The position numbers were made by a program, and so were the translations under genes. A stretch of DNA of 39,474 nucleotides from a virus. The number at the start of each line of letters is the position of its first letter. Within the stretch, counting starts at the first letter, position 1. The stretch is from the IMG/VR virus record IMGVR_UViG_3300045988_140196. The stretch is one strand, 5' to 3'. Under the pieces are notes generated by a model, which had not been told where the DNA came from, ran no database searches, and saw nothing but the letters and a program-made list of their open reading frames with translations. This document shows positions 23,968 through 33,460 of this stretch, one piece after another.

Positions 23968-24954
23968 ATGAACAATATTGAATTATCAACAATTTACCTA
24001 CCTAAATTGGACGAGGTATACAAGAATGAAGCAAAAACATCTATCTTAGATGGAGATGAAACAACAGTACAAAAAGGCCTAAACGGAGAAATAAAAGTAG
24101 CTAAACTAGATATGGACGGTTTAGGAGATTTCTCAAGAAATGATGGATACACAAAAGGTTCAACAAGTTTCAAATGGGAAACAGTAAAATACGACAAAGA
24201 AAGAAGTCAAGATTTAAGAATTGACAGATTAGACAATCAAGAAGCATTAGGATTACCTTTTGCTAGATTATCTGGAGAATTTGTAAGAACTAAAGTAGTT
24301 CCTGAAACAGATGCTTCAAGAATTGCAAAAATTGCAGGAGTAGATGGAATATCAAGAAAGAAGGAGACTCTTTCTGATGGAGCAGGAGTAGTAAGTGCAT
24401 TAAGAGCTTGTACAAACAAAATGGACGAAGATGAAGTTTCAACAGAAAACAGAATTTTATTTATAACACCAACATTAAAAGGAATGATAGATGACTTAGA
24501 TACAACTAAATCAAAGAAAGTTTTAGAGAGATTTAAAACAATAATTGAAGTTCCTCAAACAAGAATGTATACAGCAGTAACATTAAATGATGGAAAAGAA
24601 AATTACGGATATGAAAAAGCAAAAGATACATACATTAAGTCAAAAGATACAGCTGTAGTATCAGGAAAGGCATATTACACAGAAAGTTCTGGAACATATT
24701 CAAAAGTAACTTCTCCAACAGGAAATCCTTCAACATCAGATTACTACGAATTAATAGAAGGTGGAAAAGATATAAACTTCTTATGCGTTGAGAAATCAGC
24801 AGTAGTAACAGCAATGGATCAATTCATCAAATACTTTACACCAGACGAAGATCAAAACGGAGACAGCAATGTGTTCAAATATAGAAACAATAATTTATAT
24901 GGACATGTATACGAAAACAAATTAGCTGGTGTATATTGCTCATACGAAGGCTAG
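23968..24954 (+). CDS. Major capsid protein
   Basis: 328 aa. Position after the scaffold, size, and RBS GAAAGGAAG. Confidence 0.75.
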   Translation: MNNIELSTIYLPKLDEVYKNEAKTSILDGDETTVQKGLNGEIKVAKLDMDGLGDFSRNDGYTKGSTSFKWETVKYDKERSQDLRIDRLDNQEALGLPFARLSGEFVRTKVVPETDASRIAKIAGVDGISRKKETLSDGAGVVSALRACTNKMDEDEVSTENRILFITPTLKGMIDDLDTTKSKKVLERFKTIIEVPQTRMYTAVTLNDGKENYGYEKAKDTYIKSKDTAVVSGKAYYTESSGTYSKVTSPTGNPSTSDYYELIEGGKDINFLCVEKSAVVTAMDQFIKYFTPDEDQNGDSNVFKYRNNNLYGHVYENKLAGVYCSYEG

Positions 24955-24966
24955 GAGGTGAACAAG

Positions 24967-25074
24967 ATGGCAACATTTATAGGACTAAGAATAAATAAAG
25001 AAGCAAAAGAAACTGAACCAAAAGCTAAGAAAGAAAAGGCAAAAGAAACTGAACCAAAAGCTGAAAAAGAATAA
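24967..25074 (+). CDS. Small Lys/Glu-rich ORF (35 aa) containing a 24-bp direct repeat
   Basis: Hand-translated as MATFIGLRINKEAKETEPKAKKEKAKETEPKAEKE. RBS AGGAGGTG. GCAAAAGAAACTGAACCAAAAGCT occurs at 25003-25026 and 25039-25062. Confidence 0.45.
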   Translation: MATFIGLRINKEAKETEPKAKKEKAKETEPKAEKE

Positions 25075-25091
25075 TTAAGGAGGCAATAGAA

Positions 25092-25397
25092 ATGGCAGAA
25101 ACCAGTAATATAGATAAAATAATAGCTGATTTGGGAGCTAATTATAAAGACGACAAAGAGGTTCTAAGTGAAATATTAGAGGAAGTAAGCTCTATTGCCT
25201 CTGATATTTCTAATAGACAAAAAAACGACGAAAAATTATTTCCATATATAAAAAAAGCAACAAAAGCAATATATCTGTCAAGAGGTGCTGAGGGCTTAAC
25301 GAGTCGAAACGAGGGTTCTATTTCAACATCGTTTGAAGATATTATAGATAAGTTAAGAAATGACATTATAAAATCTGGGCTAAGGAGGATTAAGTAA
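25092..25397 (+). CDS. Head-tail connector (gp6-like), positional call
   Basis: 101 aa. First gene after the capsid. RBS AAGGAGG. Confidence 0.5.
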   Translation: MAETSNIDKIIADLGANYKDDKEVLSEILEEVSSIASDISNRQKNDEKLFPYIKKATKAIYLSRGAEGLTSRNEGSISTSFEDIIDKLRNDIIKSGLRRIK

Positions 25398-25726
25398 TGT
25401 TATTACGAGATTTAACAAAAGTATATATATCAGAATATGAAGAGATAGAAGACCACGGAGAACCAGAAAAAAAATGGAAATATAAAGGCGTAGCTTGGTT
25501 AAATATGCAACAAGATGTTAATGAACTTGACAGAAAATCTACTGGAGAAGTCGATTATAGTACATATAAGGCAAGAACAACAAATGAATATGACATACAA
25601 AAGGGAAATGGAATATCATTTGAGGATATCACAAAATTAAAGGAATTTAAGCCTCAATATAAAGTAACCGATAAAAATAAAATCGGAAATACTTATTTAT
25701 ATATATGTGAGAAGGTGCAAGAATGA
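25397..25726 (+). CDS. Head closure / head-tail adaptor, positional call
   Basis: 109 aa. RBS AAGGAGG. Overlapping start and stop. Confidence 0.45.
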   Translation: MLLRDLTKVYISEYEEIEDHGEPEKKWKYKGVAWLNMQQDVNELDRKSTGEVDYSTYKARTTNEYDIQKGNGISFEDITKLKEFKPQYKVTDKNKIGNTYLYICEKVQE

Positions 25727-26256
25727 TAAGCTGTAACATTAAAGTAAAACATAATTTCAAAAATATAAATGCTATAACTCAAAAATTGCCACAAATAGCA
25801 AAAGAGATAACCGAAGATGTTTTGAAGAACATTAGAGGTTATGCTGTAAGGCTAGAAAAAGGACATAATGAAGAAGGTATATTAGTCGAAATGGTTGATA
25901 TGTCTACTAAAGAAGTGAAGGGGCGTGTTTATGCGGACCCTTCAAAATTTATGTCCAATGGAGTTTCATATTTATTTTTTGAATATTTTGGAACTGGTGC
26001 AAATGCTGAGATGGAACATGTGGGAAAATCAAAACACTTTATAGAAAGTGGCTACACAGAATGGTTCATTCCAGTTTCTAAAGTAGAAAAAGCACTTGGT
26101 TATCCAATAGTCAATATTCAAGGAGTAGATTTCTATATTGCTCATGGAATTAAGGCAAATCATTTTATGGGTGATGCTGGTTTTCAAAGTAGAGATGAGA
26201 ATGTAGATATTGTTAAAAAGAAAATAGAAGCAATGCTGAAGGAGGTATGTAAATGA
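25723..26256 (+). CDS. HK97 gp10-like neck/tail-joining protein
   Basis: 177 aa. FFEYFGTGANAE resembles the gp10-family EfGT motif. Position fits. Confidence 0.45.
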   Translation: MISCNIKVKHNFKNINAITQKLPQIAKEITEDVLKNIRGYAVRLEKGHNEEGILVEMVDMSTKEVKGRVYADPSKFMSNGVSYLFFEYFGTGANAEMEHVGKSKHFIESGYTEWFIPVSKVEKALGYPIVNIQGVDFYIAHGIKANHFMGDAGFQSRDENVDIVKKKIEAMLKEVCK

Positions 26257-26636
26257 AAGATTTAAGTATAAAAGAGTTTAGCGATTTAGTGTACGACAAG
26301 CTAGATTCATTAAAATATAAACAAATTCTAACAAATCCAACAACAACAAGTAAGTTTCCTTGTTTGGAATTACATACACCTTTAAAATCTGTGAATTTAA
26401 CAGAAAATGCATTTCCTATATTTTCTACATTTCAAATATCAATAACTTGTTGGAATGCAAAACAACGTCAAGCTATGCAAATGACAGATGAAGTTGATAC
26501 AAAACTTCAAGAATATAATTTTATAAGGACAAATACCAGTCAAGCAGTATATGACTCTATACTGCAAAAATACGGTATAACGATAACATTTGAGGTTCGT
26601 TATAATTCAATAACGGCCTCTTTTAATTTAAAATAA
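26253..26636 (+). CDS. Tail completion / terminator-type protein, positional call
   Basis: 127 aa. Lies directly upstream of the tail tube gene. RBS GAAGGAGG. Confidence 0.4.
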   Translation: MKDLSIKEFSDLVYDKLDSLKYKQILTNPTTTSKFPCLELHTPLKSVNLTENAFPIFSTFQISITCWNAKQRQAMQMTDEVDTKLQEYNFIRTNTSQAVYDSILQKYGITITFEVRYNSITASFNLK

Positions 26637-26649
26637 GGAGGAATTTAAA

Positions 26650-27138
26650 ATGGGAGATGGACAAGAAACAGAAAAAACAACAACACCACAAGTAGCAATG
26701 AAAGCGAAAGTGTCTTATGCAACAACATTAACAGGAGATAGAACTGATATAGGTTACGTTCAAAAAATAGGACAACTAAAAACATTAAAAGAAGGACAAA
26801 CATATAGTGCTTTAGATTTAGAAGAAGAAAGAATGGCAAAAGGAAAAAGAAAAGCAGAAACTGTTGACATAGAAATGATGTTTATACAAAAAACGCATAA
26901 AGCTATTCAAGCTATTGCTGATGCAGATACAACAATATTCTTATTTTTAGAATATCCAGAAACAACAGCATCAGTTGCTAACAAACCACTAGTTCAGTCA
27001 GTAAAATGCACTGTAGACATAGCAGGTCAAGAAATGAACGATGGAGACTTTATAAAAGATACAATGAGAGTATATAAAGAGTCAAAAGTAGTAGAAACAG
27101 ACGGATATCCAGTCGAAGGAGATTCAACAAAATTTTAA
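26650..27138 (+). CDS. Major tail (tube) protein
   Basis: 162 aa. Lies upstream of the chaperone pair and tape measure, and is followed by a terminator-like hairpin. RBS AAGGAGG. Confidence 0.6.
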   Translation: MGDGQETEKTTTPQVAMKAKVSYATTLTGDRTDIGYVQKIGQLKTLKEGQTYSALDLEEERMAKGKRKAETVDIEMMFIQKTHKAIQAIADADTTIFLFLEYPETTASVANKPLVQSVKCTVDIAGQEMNDGDFIKDTMRVYKESKVVETDGYPVEGDSTKF

Positions 27139-27166
27139 GAGAGGGTCCAAGAGCTCTCTCTCTTTT
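27138..27166 (+). terminator. Attenuator/terminator after the tail tube gene
   Basis: GAGAGGGT (27139-27146) pairs with GCTCTCTC (27153-27160) including G-U pairs. 6-nt loop and a TCTTTT tail. Confidence 0.45.
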
Positions 27167-27184
27167 GCAAAGGAGAGAAAATAA

Positions 27185-27625
27185 ATGATAATAGAGACAA
27201 AAAACAAAACGATTAATTTAGTACTAAAAACAAGAAAAATAGTAGAAATAGCTAATCTACTCAATAACAAAAACTTTGAAGAAGCTTTTACAAAGGCGTA
27301 TTCTATTTTAGATCCAGAAGCGTTATCTAAAATACTATTTAAATTGGCAGAAAATGAAAATGGAGAGAGTTTCTTTACAAAATCTAGTGATGTATACGAC
27401 TTTATAGATGAGTGTAGAGCAGAAAACATGACAATTAGTGGCTTATATGAGAAGATTGCGGAGGCTTTGAATGATGAGGGTTTTTTCAGGAAAAAGATGT
27501 CAAAGAAAGAACTAAAAGAAATGACATCAAATCCATTGTCAACTCTGAATATGAACGAATTAATTCAAAAATCAGCAGAAGTTGCAGTAAGCAAAATGGC
27601 AGAACAAGTTATATCAAAAGCTTAA
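27185..27625 (+). CDS. Tail assembly chaperone G
   Basis: 146 aa. Lies immediately upstream of an RBS-less ORF in the -1 frame and upstream of the tape measure. Confidence 0.65.
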   Translation: MIIETKNKTINLVLKTRKIVEIANLLNNKNFEEAFTKAYSILDPEALSKILFKLAENENGESFFTKSSDVYDFIDECRAENMTISGLYEKIAEALNDEGFFRKKMSKKELKEMTSNPLSTLNMNELIQKSAEVAVSKMAEQVISKA

Positions 27626-27963
27626 GAGATATAAATACAAGAATAAAAGAATCAAGCAATGTAGTAGAATTAATTGAGTCTTTAGCAATATTAGCATATT
27701 ATTTAGGAATGAAACCAAACGAATTTTGGAACTGTAGGTATTCTGAAATAAAGACATATTGTCAAGCTAATTTGGTAAGAAAAAATGACAATCTTATAGA
27801 GAAGATAGATTTACAAGAAGCAGTAACAAATAAATTAATAGTAGGTAACTGTATGAATCCTAATGCTAAAATAATATTGATTAGAGATAGTTATAAAGAA
27901 CTTTTTGATACTCAAGAAGAAGAGCAAACCTTAGAAGAACAAAAAAGGCTTTTCAAAGGGTAA
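27185..27963 (+). CDS. Tail assembly chaperone GT fusion via programmed -1 frameshift
   Basis: The -1 frame is open from 27478 to 27963. Candidate slippery sites are T-TTT-TTC (27481-27487) and A-AAA-G (27616-27620). The track ORF 27709-27963 lies in this frame and has no RBS. Confidence 0.55.
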
Positions 27964-27991
27964 AGTTAGCAAAAAAAATAAATTTATATTG

Positions 27992-28053
27992 TTCGACAAA
28001 AAATGACAGACTTCGACAGATGTAATGTGTTAAACTTCTTTTATAATTATAAT
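27992..28053 (+). promoter_or_regulatory. Tandem TTCGACA / ATGACAG / TTCGACAG elements plus TATAAT
   Basis: TTCGACA at 27992-27998, ATGACAG at 28003-28009, TTCGACAG at 28012-28019. TATAAT at 28042-28047 and again at 28048-28053. There are 23 nt from the last box to the first -10. Confidence 0.45.
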
Positions 28054-28070
28054 AAAAGGAGGAGCTTTAA

Positions 28071-28667
28071 ATGGAGAAAAAGAAAAGTGGATTTGGAACA
28101 GCTAGTTTAGTATTAGGAATAATAGGAGTTTGTACATCATTTATCCCAATTGTAAACAATGTATCTTTTATCTTAGGCTTGATTGGAGCAATATTTGCAA
28201 TAATATCACTAATCAAGAAAGCTAGCAAAGGTCAAGCTGTAGCGGGAATCATTTTATGTATTTTGGCAATGGTTATTACATTAAGTGCACAAAAAGCATT
28301 AGGAGAGGGGCTAAATGAAGTTAGCAGTAATTTAGACAAGGCAACAGGGAATAGTACAGAAGAAATCCTCGCTAATGATGTAGATGTACAATTAGGAAAT
28401 TTTGAAGCAACTAGAGGAGAATATGGACTTACAGAAACAAAATTAACTGTTAGGGTAACAAATAAGACTAACAATAAAAAGTCGTTCAGTTTTCATATAG
28501 AGGCTGTTGATAGTAATGGTTCAAGAATCAATGAAGACTATATTTATGCAAATGATTTAGGCTCAGGACAAAGTCAAAATTTTGATATATTCACACTAGT
28601 AACATCAGACAAAATAGACATGATGAAAAATGCAACATTCAAAATTGTTGAAGCATCAATGTATTAA
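28071..28667 (+). CDS. Accessory membrane protein (DUF4190-like TM N-terminus, DUF4352-like beta-rich C-terminus) inserted in the tail module
   Basis: 198 aa. Two TM segments (GTASLVLGIIGVCTSFIPIV, AGIILCILAMVITL), then an extracellular domain VRVTNKTNNKKSFSFHIEAVDSNG. It has its own promoter-like region and a strong terminator. Confidence 0.65.
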   Translation: MEKKKSGFGTASLVLGIIGVCTSFIPIVNNVSFILGLIGAIFAIISLIKKASKGQAVAGIILCILAMVITLSAQKALGEGLNEVSSNLDKATGNSTEEILANDVDVQLGNFEATRGEYGLTETKLTVRVTNKTNNKKSFSFHIEAVDSNGSRINEDYIYANDLGSGQSQNFDIFTLVTSDKIDMMKNATFKIVEASMY

Positions 28668-28688
28668 TAAGTAAAAAATAAGAAGACA

Positions 28689-28718
28689 AACACTTACAGA
28701 AATGTAGGTGTTTTTTTA
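28689..28718 (+). terminator. Rho-independent terminator
   Basis: AACACTTAC / GTAGGTGTT 9-bp stem with one G-U pair, 6-nt loop, followed by T7. Confidence 0.7.
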
Positions 28719-28750
28719 TGTTAAAAATAAAAAAGAAGGGAGGAATTTAA

Positions 28751-31720
28751 ATGACTGTAGAAGAAATAGAAATTATAGTAACTGCTAAAGTAGAAGAAGC
28801 TTTAAAAGAGTTTCAAAAAATACTACCAGAAATGACAAAAATCATAAAACAAGCACAAGAGCAATTAACCAATATTGATATGTCAAAATTACAAAAAGCA
28901 GTAAAGCAACAAATGCCATTATTTAAAAAGCAAATTAAGAACTTAAAAAAGAGTATTGAAAACGATGATATATCTATAAAAATTAATAATAAAGATGCAA
29001 AAGAACAAATAACTCAAACTCAAAAGCAAATAGATAGTCTACAAGAAAAGATAAATGCCCGAAAACTAAAATTAGATTCTGTTAAACAAAGTGCAGATCA
29101 AATGTACCTTAACAATAAAAATAATGATGGTAGTGTAAAAGAAAATTTAGGGAAGAATACTGAATATATAAAATTAATTCAACAAGAGAGAGAGTTAAAT
29201 ACTGAAATACAAATTTACAATAAATTATTAGAAGATGCCAAAAATAAGATGGCAGAACTTAAAGATGCAAGTAATTCACATGAAATACAAGGACCGTTGA
29301 ATAATCTTAAAGAAAAATTGGAATTTATAAAGCCTGTAATATCAACGATTAAAGAAGGCTTCAAGAATTTATTTACGGGAAATTGGTATGATACAGATTC
29401 TTTCGATTTAGGAGAATCAGAAAATCAAATAAGATTAATAGATTTGAAAATTGATAAAATCGAAAACAAAATAAGAGATTTTCAATCGGGAAAAATTACA
29501 TTAAGTGATGAAGATATTGCTAAAGCAGAGGTGGAACTTGATGCTTTATATCAAAAAAAAGAAAAAATAGAAAACGACGATTCTACTTCTATGGGTTTCT
29601 TCAAAAAATTTTCAAAAGGAATAAACAGTGCTGGAACTCAAATAGGTTCATTTTTTAAAAAGTTCAAAACTGGATTTAATATAGGAGACAGTATAAAGTC
29701 AGGGGTAAAGCAAATTGCCAAATATGCTTTAGCTCTTTTTTCATTGCGAGGGATATATTCAATATTAAGTAATTGTGCTCAAAGTTGGTTATCAAGCCAA
29801 AATACACAAGCAAAACAATTAAGTGCTAACATTGAATATATGAAATACGCAATGGGAAGTGCATTAGCACCAGTTATACAATTTGTAACTAATCTAGTAT
29901 ATCAATTAATGAAAGCAATACAAAGTGTAGCTTATGCTATGTCGGGAGTTGATATATTTGCAAAAGCAAGTGCAAGTTCGTATGCGAGTATGGCAAGTAG
30001 TGCAAAAAATGCTAAAAATGAAACAAAGCAATTAGCAGGAGTACATAATGAAATAAACAATATTTCTGATAATAATTCAAATAGCGGAAGTACATCGCCA
30101 AGTTTTGACCTGTCTGGAATTGATAACACTCCAAATAGTATTATGGACGCTATAAAAAACGGAAATTGGTACGAAGTTGGAGCAACAATTGGGAATAAGC
30201 TGAATGAAGCTTTAAATAAGATACCTTGGGATAAGATACAAAATACAGCAAAAAAGATTGGAACTAATATTGCACAATTTTTCAATGGCTCAATAGAGAA
30301 GATAGATTGGGACCAAATTGGAAATACTATTGCTCAAGGAATAAATACAGCTATTTATTTTACTCAATCGATTGTTCATACATTTAATTGGTCAAATTTA
30401 GGAAGTGCTGTAGCTAATACAATAAATGGATTCTTCAAAAATACTAATTGGGGAGCTTTGGGAGACACAATAAGTATAGGCATTAAAGGTGCATTTAATG
30501 GAGTCACAGCATTTTTCAAAGACTTTGATTGGAGTCCTATTGTTCAAGGCTTAATAGATTTTATAACAGGCTTTAACTGGAATGACGTTGTGGATGCAAT
30601 ATTTAAGGCATTGGGTTCAGCATGTGCCAGTCTTGTTAATCTTGGAATGGTTATAGGAGAAAAGATTAATGAAGCACTTGAATGGTCAAAAGAATTTTGG
30701 CAAAAAGAAATTGAAGACTGCGGAGGAAATATTGTTCAAGGAATATTAAAAGGAATAATAGATCAAACATTAATGATAGGCGAATGGATATATGATCACA
30801 TATTTAAGCCTTTCATAGACGGATTTAAAAATGCATTTGGAATACATTCACCATCTACTGTTATGATAGAAATGGGTGGATATATAATAGATGGTTTAAA
30901 AAATGGACTACTAGGAATATGGGATAAAGTAAAGCAACCATTTATTGATCTTAAAAATAATCTAACTAGTAAATTCACAGAAATAAAAAGCGATATTTCA
31001 AACTGGTCAAATAATACCAAAACGACAATTTCAAATTGGGGAAATGATGTAAAGAACAAGATTAGTTCAGCATGGAGCAATGCATCACAGAACGTAAATA
31101 ACATTGTAAATTTTCTAAAAAACAATATTTCAACAGGATTAAATGGTGTTAAAAATATTGTTTTAAATTGGGGCGATAGCATAAAAAATACTTTTTCTAA
31201 TCTAGGTAGAAATGCAATAACGTGGGGAACAGATTTAGTAAGTAATATGGCCTCGGGGATTAAAAACAACATACATAAGGTTACTAGTGCAGTAAATTCG
31301 GTTGCAAGCAAAATTAAAAACTTGTTAGGCTTCTCTGAACCAGAAGAAGGACCACTAAGCAATTTTCACACATATATGCCAGACATGATTGACTTAATGA
31401 CTAAAGGAATCAAAGATAATGTCGGAAAGGTAAAAAATGAGATTGAAAATTTAGCAGGAACGATGTCTTATACAATAAACACAGAAGCAATACAGGGCAT
31501 TTCTTCTACAAGTCCTAATATAAAACCAATAAGCATTCAATCTAATAATACGATAGGTATGTTTGAAGATGTATTGTCAGATTTTAATGGCAACAATAGA
31601 CAACCAGTACATATAACCATTCAATATTTAGGCAAAGACATCTTTGATGACACAATAGATTATATAAATTCAAAGACCCGCAGAACGGGAAGAAATACAA
31701 TAGTAACGGTAGGTGATTAA
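28751..31720 (+). CDS. Tail tape measure protein
   Basis: 989 aa. N-terminal coiled coils and a central region with periodic aromatic NW/DW repeats (FNWSNLG, TNWGALG, FDWSPIV, FNWNDVV). Position after the chaperones. Confidence 0.88.
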   Translation: MTVEEIEIIVTAKVEEALKEFQKILPEMTKIIKQAQEQLTNIDMSKLQKAVKQQMPLFKKQIKNLKKSIENDDISIKINNKDAKEQITQTQKQIDSLQEKINARKLKLDSVKQSADQMYLNNKNNDGSVKENLGKNTEYIKLIQQERELNTEIQIYNKLLEDAKNKMAELKDASNSHEIQGPLNNLKEKLEFIKPVISTIKEGFKNLFTGNWYDTDSFDLGESENQIRLIDLKIDKIENKIRDFQSGKITLSDEDIAKAEVELDALYQKKEKIENDDSTSMGFFKKFSKGINSAGTQIGSFFKKFKTGFNIGDSIKSGVKQIAKYALALFSLRGIYSILSNCAQSWLSSQNTQAKQLSANIEYMKYAMGSALAPVIQFVTNLVYQLMKAIQSVAYAMSGVDIFAKASASSYASMASSAKNAKNETKQLAGVHNEINNISDNNSNSGSTSPSFDLSGIDNTPNSIMDAIKNGNWYEVGATIGNKLNEALNKIPWDKIQNTAKKIGTNIAQFFNGSIEKIDWDQIGNTIAQGINTAIYFTQSIVHTFNWSNLGSAVANTINGFFKNTNWGALGDTISIGIKGAFNGVTAFFKDFDWSPIVQGLIDFITGFNWNDVVDAIFKALGSACASLVNLGMVIGEKINEALEWSKEFWQKEIEDCGGNIVQGILKGIIDQTLMIGEWIYDHIFKPFIDGFKNAFGIHSPSTVMIEMGGYIIDGLKNGLLGIWDKVKQPFIDLKNNLTSKFTEIKSDISNWSNNTKTTISNWGNDVKNKISSAWSNASQNVNNIVNFLKNNISTGLNGVKNIVLNWGDSIKNTFSNLGRNAITWGTDLVSNMASGIKNNIHKVTSAVNSVASKIKNLLGFSEPEEGPLSNFHTYMPDMIDLMTKGIKDNVGKVKNEIENLAGTMSYTINTEAIQGISSTSPNIKPISIQSNNTIGMFEDVLSDFNGNNRQPVHITIQYLGKDIFDDTIDYINSKTRRTGRNTIVTVGD

Positions 31721-31721
31721 T

Positions 31722-32144
31722 ATGTTATGGAGAGAACATGGAGTAACAGACAATCTTCCGACTCCAAGCACATATAGTGCGGATATAGAAGACACAGACA
31801 ATGATAGTTATACAAGCAAAAAGACAGGAGCACTGATTGATAACCCGATAGCAATAGGAATGTTAAAACTTTCGATGGCGTGGAATTTAAACTCAGAGGA
31901 AGAAGCGGAAAACTTAATTCAGAAGACATATAAAAATCCTCTTGTACTAGATGTAAAGGTTCCAGTTGTAAATGGTGGATTTTTAGAAGGAGCCAAATTC
32001 AGAGTTTCCAAAAGAAAAGTAGAGATGATAGATACAGAATTAAATACGAGTACTTCTAAAACAAGATGGAAGTGCTCTTTTAATTTGATGCAAAAAGAAT
32101 TAACAGAGGCACAAAAACAAGCTGTAAAAAATGTAAATTCATAG
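31722..32144 (+). CDS. Minor tail protein (distal-tail candidate)
   Basis: About 140 aa from the ATG at 31722, after RBS GGTAGGTG. First gene after the tape measure. Confidence 0.45.
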   Translation: MLWREHGVTDNLPTPSTYSADIEDTDNDSYTSKKTGALIDNPIAIGMLKLSMAWNLNSEEEAENLIQKTYKNPLVLDVKVPVVNGGFLEGAKFRVSKRKVEMIDTELNTSTSKTRWKCSFNLMQKELTEAQKQAVKNVNS

Positions 32145-32154
32145 GAGGCTATAA

Positions 32155-33459
32155 ATGTATAATACAACTCAAGATTATAAAGATAAAATATTAAACGATT
32201 CAACTCAACATGAATTAAATATATATATTGACAATAATAAGATAGAGCCAAACCACATTATAGACTTCAAATCTACATTAGAGTTATTTAATAATAATGA
32301 ATTTTGTTTGGGAAGTACTCCAGAAATAGACATTGAATTTGAGATAGACAGAAGAGACTTACCAGAGTCTTATAACGAAGTTCACGTTGAAAGTGGATTG
32401 GAAGATGAAATAATACCAATCGGAAAATTTACAATTCAATCAATAGAAGATGACGAATTTAAAGTTAAAATCAAAGCTACAGATTATATGAAAAAGTTTG
32501 ATGACAATAAATATGATGGTAGCGACTTAACTTACCCAGCAACGATGCTACAGGTATTGCAAGATATATGTACTAAGATAGGAGTAGAACTTGGGTCTAC
32601 TTCTTTTCTTAATGATGATAAGCAGATAGCAGTATATGACAATACTGTAACAGCAAGAACATATATAGGTTATATTGCAGAACAAGCTGGAGGATTTGCT
32701 GTAATAGGCAGAGATGGAAAATTGTATATTAAAACATTTGGCGAAGATACTGCGAATATTGACATCAACTTATTTGGCAATTTCAAATGGGGAGATAAAT
32801 TTAGTGTTTCAAAAGTTTCTTATGAAGATGGAACACAGAATTACAAATTTGGAGATGAAACAGCAAGCACTGTATATATAAATCAAAATAATATGTACAT
32901 AGTAGATAGCGAACAAATAGAAAACATCTATAATCAAATAAAAGACTTTGAAGTATATTCATTTGAGGGAGAAACTATAATAGATCCTGCTTATGATATT
33001 GGAGATATTCTTATAATTGATGGAAAAAAAGTTATATATCAGGGAGAACTTGAATATGCTGGCAAATTCAAAGCAAGTATAAAGAGCAAGATACAAGCAA
33101 AAACTGAACAAGAAAGCATGCAGACAAAATCCAACAATTCTGAAAAAATAAGAAGAGTTCAAAGTGAAATCAATCAAATTGATGGAAAAATAACACAATT
33201 AGTTCAAAAAACTACAGAGCACGAAGAGAAGATAACTCAGGTAGAGCAAGACGTAGATTCAATTAAACAAAAAGTAGCAGATACAGTTGACTACAAGCGT
33301 GATGTTGAAGGAATTACAGAAATACATTTAGAGAATGCAAAAGAAATCAATATTTTGAACTTAATAATTGAGGGAAACAAGAAGTATGAATGCAACTTAT
33401 ATCCTGATGAGGATTTATATCCATCATCAGACTTAAACGTAAATCAGGAGGTGATGTAA
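32155..33459 (+). CDS. Tail tip / baseplate-associated protein with C-terminal coiled coil
   Basis: 434 aa. RBS AGGAGG. Position fits. Coiled coil RRVQSEINQIDGKITQLVQKTTEHEEKITQVEQDVDSIKQK. Confidence 0.55.
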   Translation: MYNTTQDYKDKILNDSTQHELNIYIDNNKIEPNHIIDFKSTLELFNNNEFCLGSTPEIDIEFEIDRRDLPESYNEVHVESGLEDEIIPIGKFTIQSIEDDEFKVKIKATDYMKKFDDNKYDGSDLTYPATMLQVLQDICTKIGVELGSTSFLNDDKQIAVYDNTVTARTYIGYIAEQAGGFAVIGRDGKLYIKTFGEDTANIDINLFGNFKWGDKFSVSKVSYEDGTQNYKFGDETASTVYINQNNMYIVDSEQIENIYNQIKDFEVYSFEGETIIDPAYDIGDILIIDGKKVIYQGELEYAGKFKASIKSKIQAKTEQESMQTKSNNSEKIRRVQSEINQIDGKITQLVQKTTEHEEKITQVEQDVDSIKQKVADTVDYKRDVEGITEIHLENAKEINILNLIIEGNKKYECNLYPDEDLYPSSDLNVNQEVM

Positions 33460-33460
33460 T

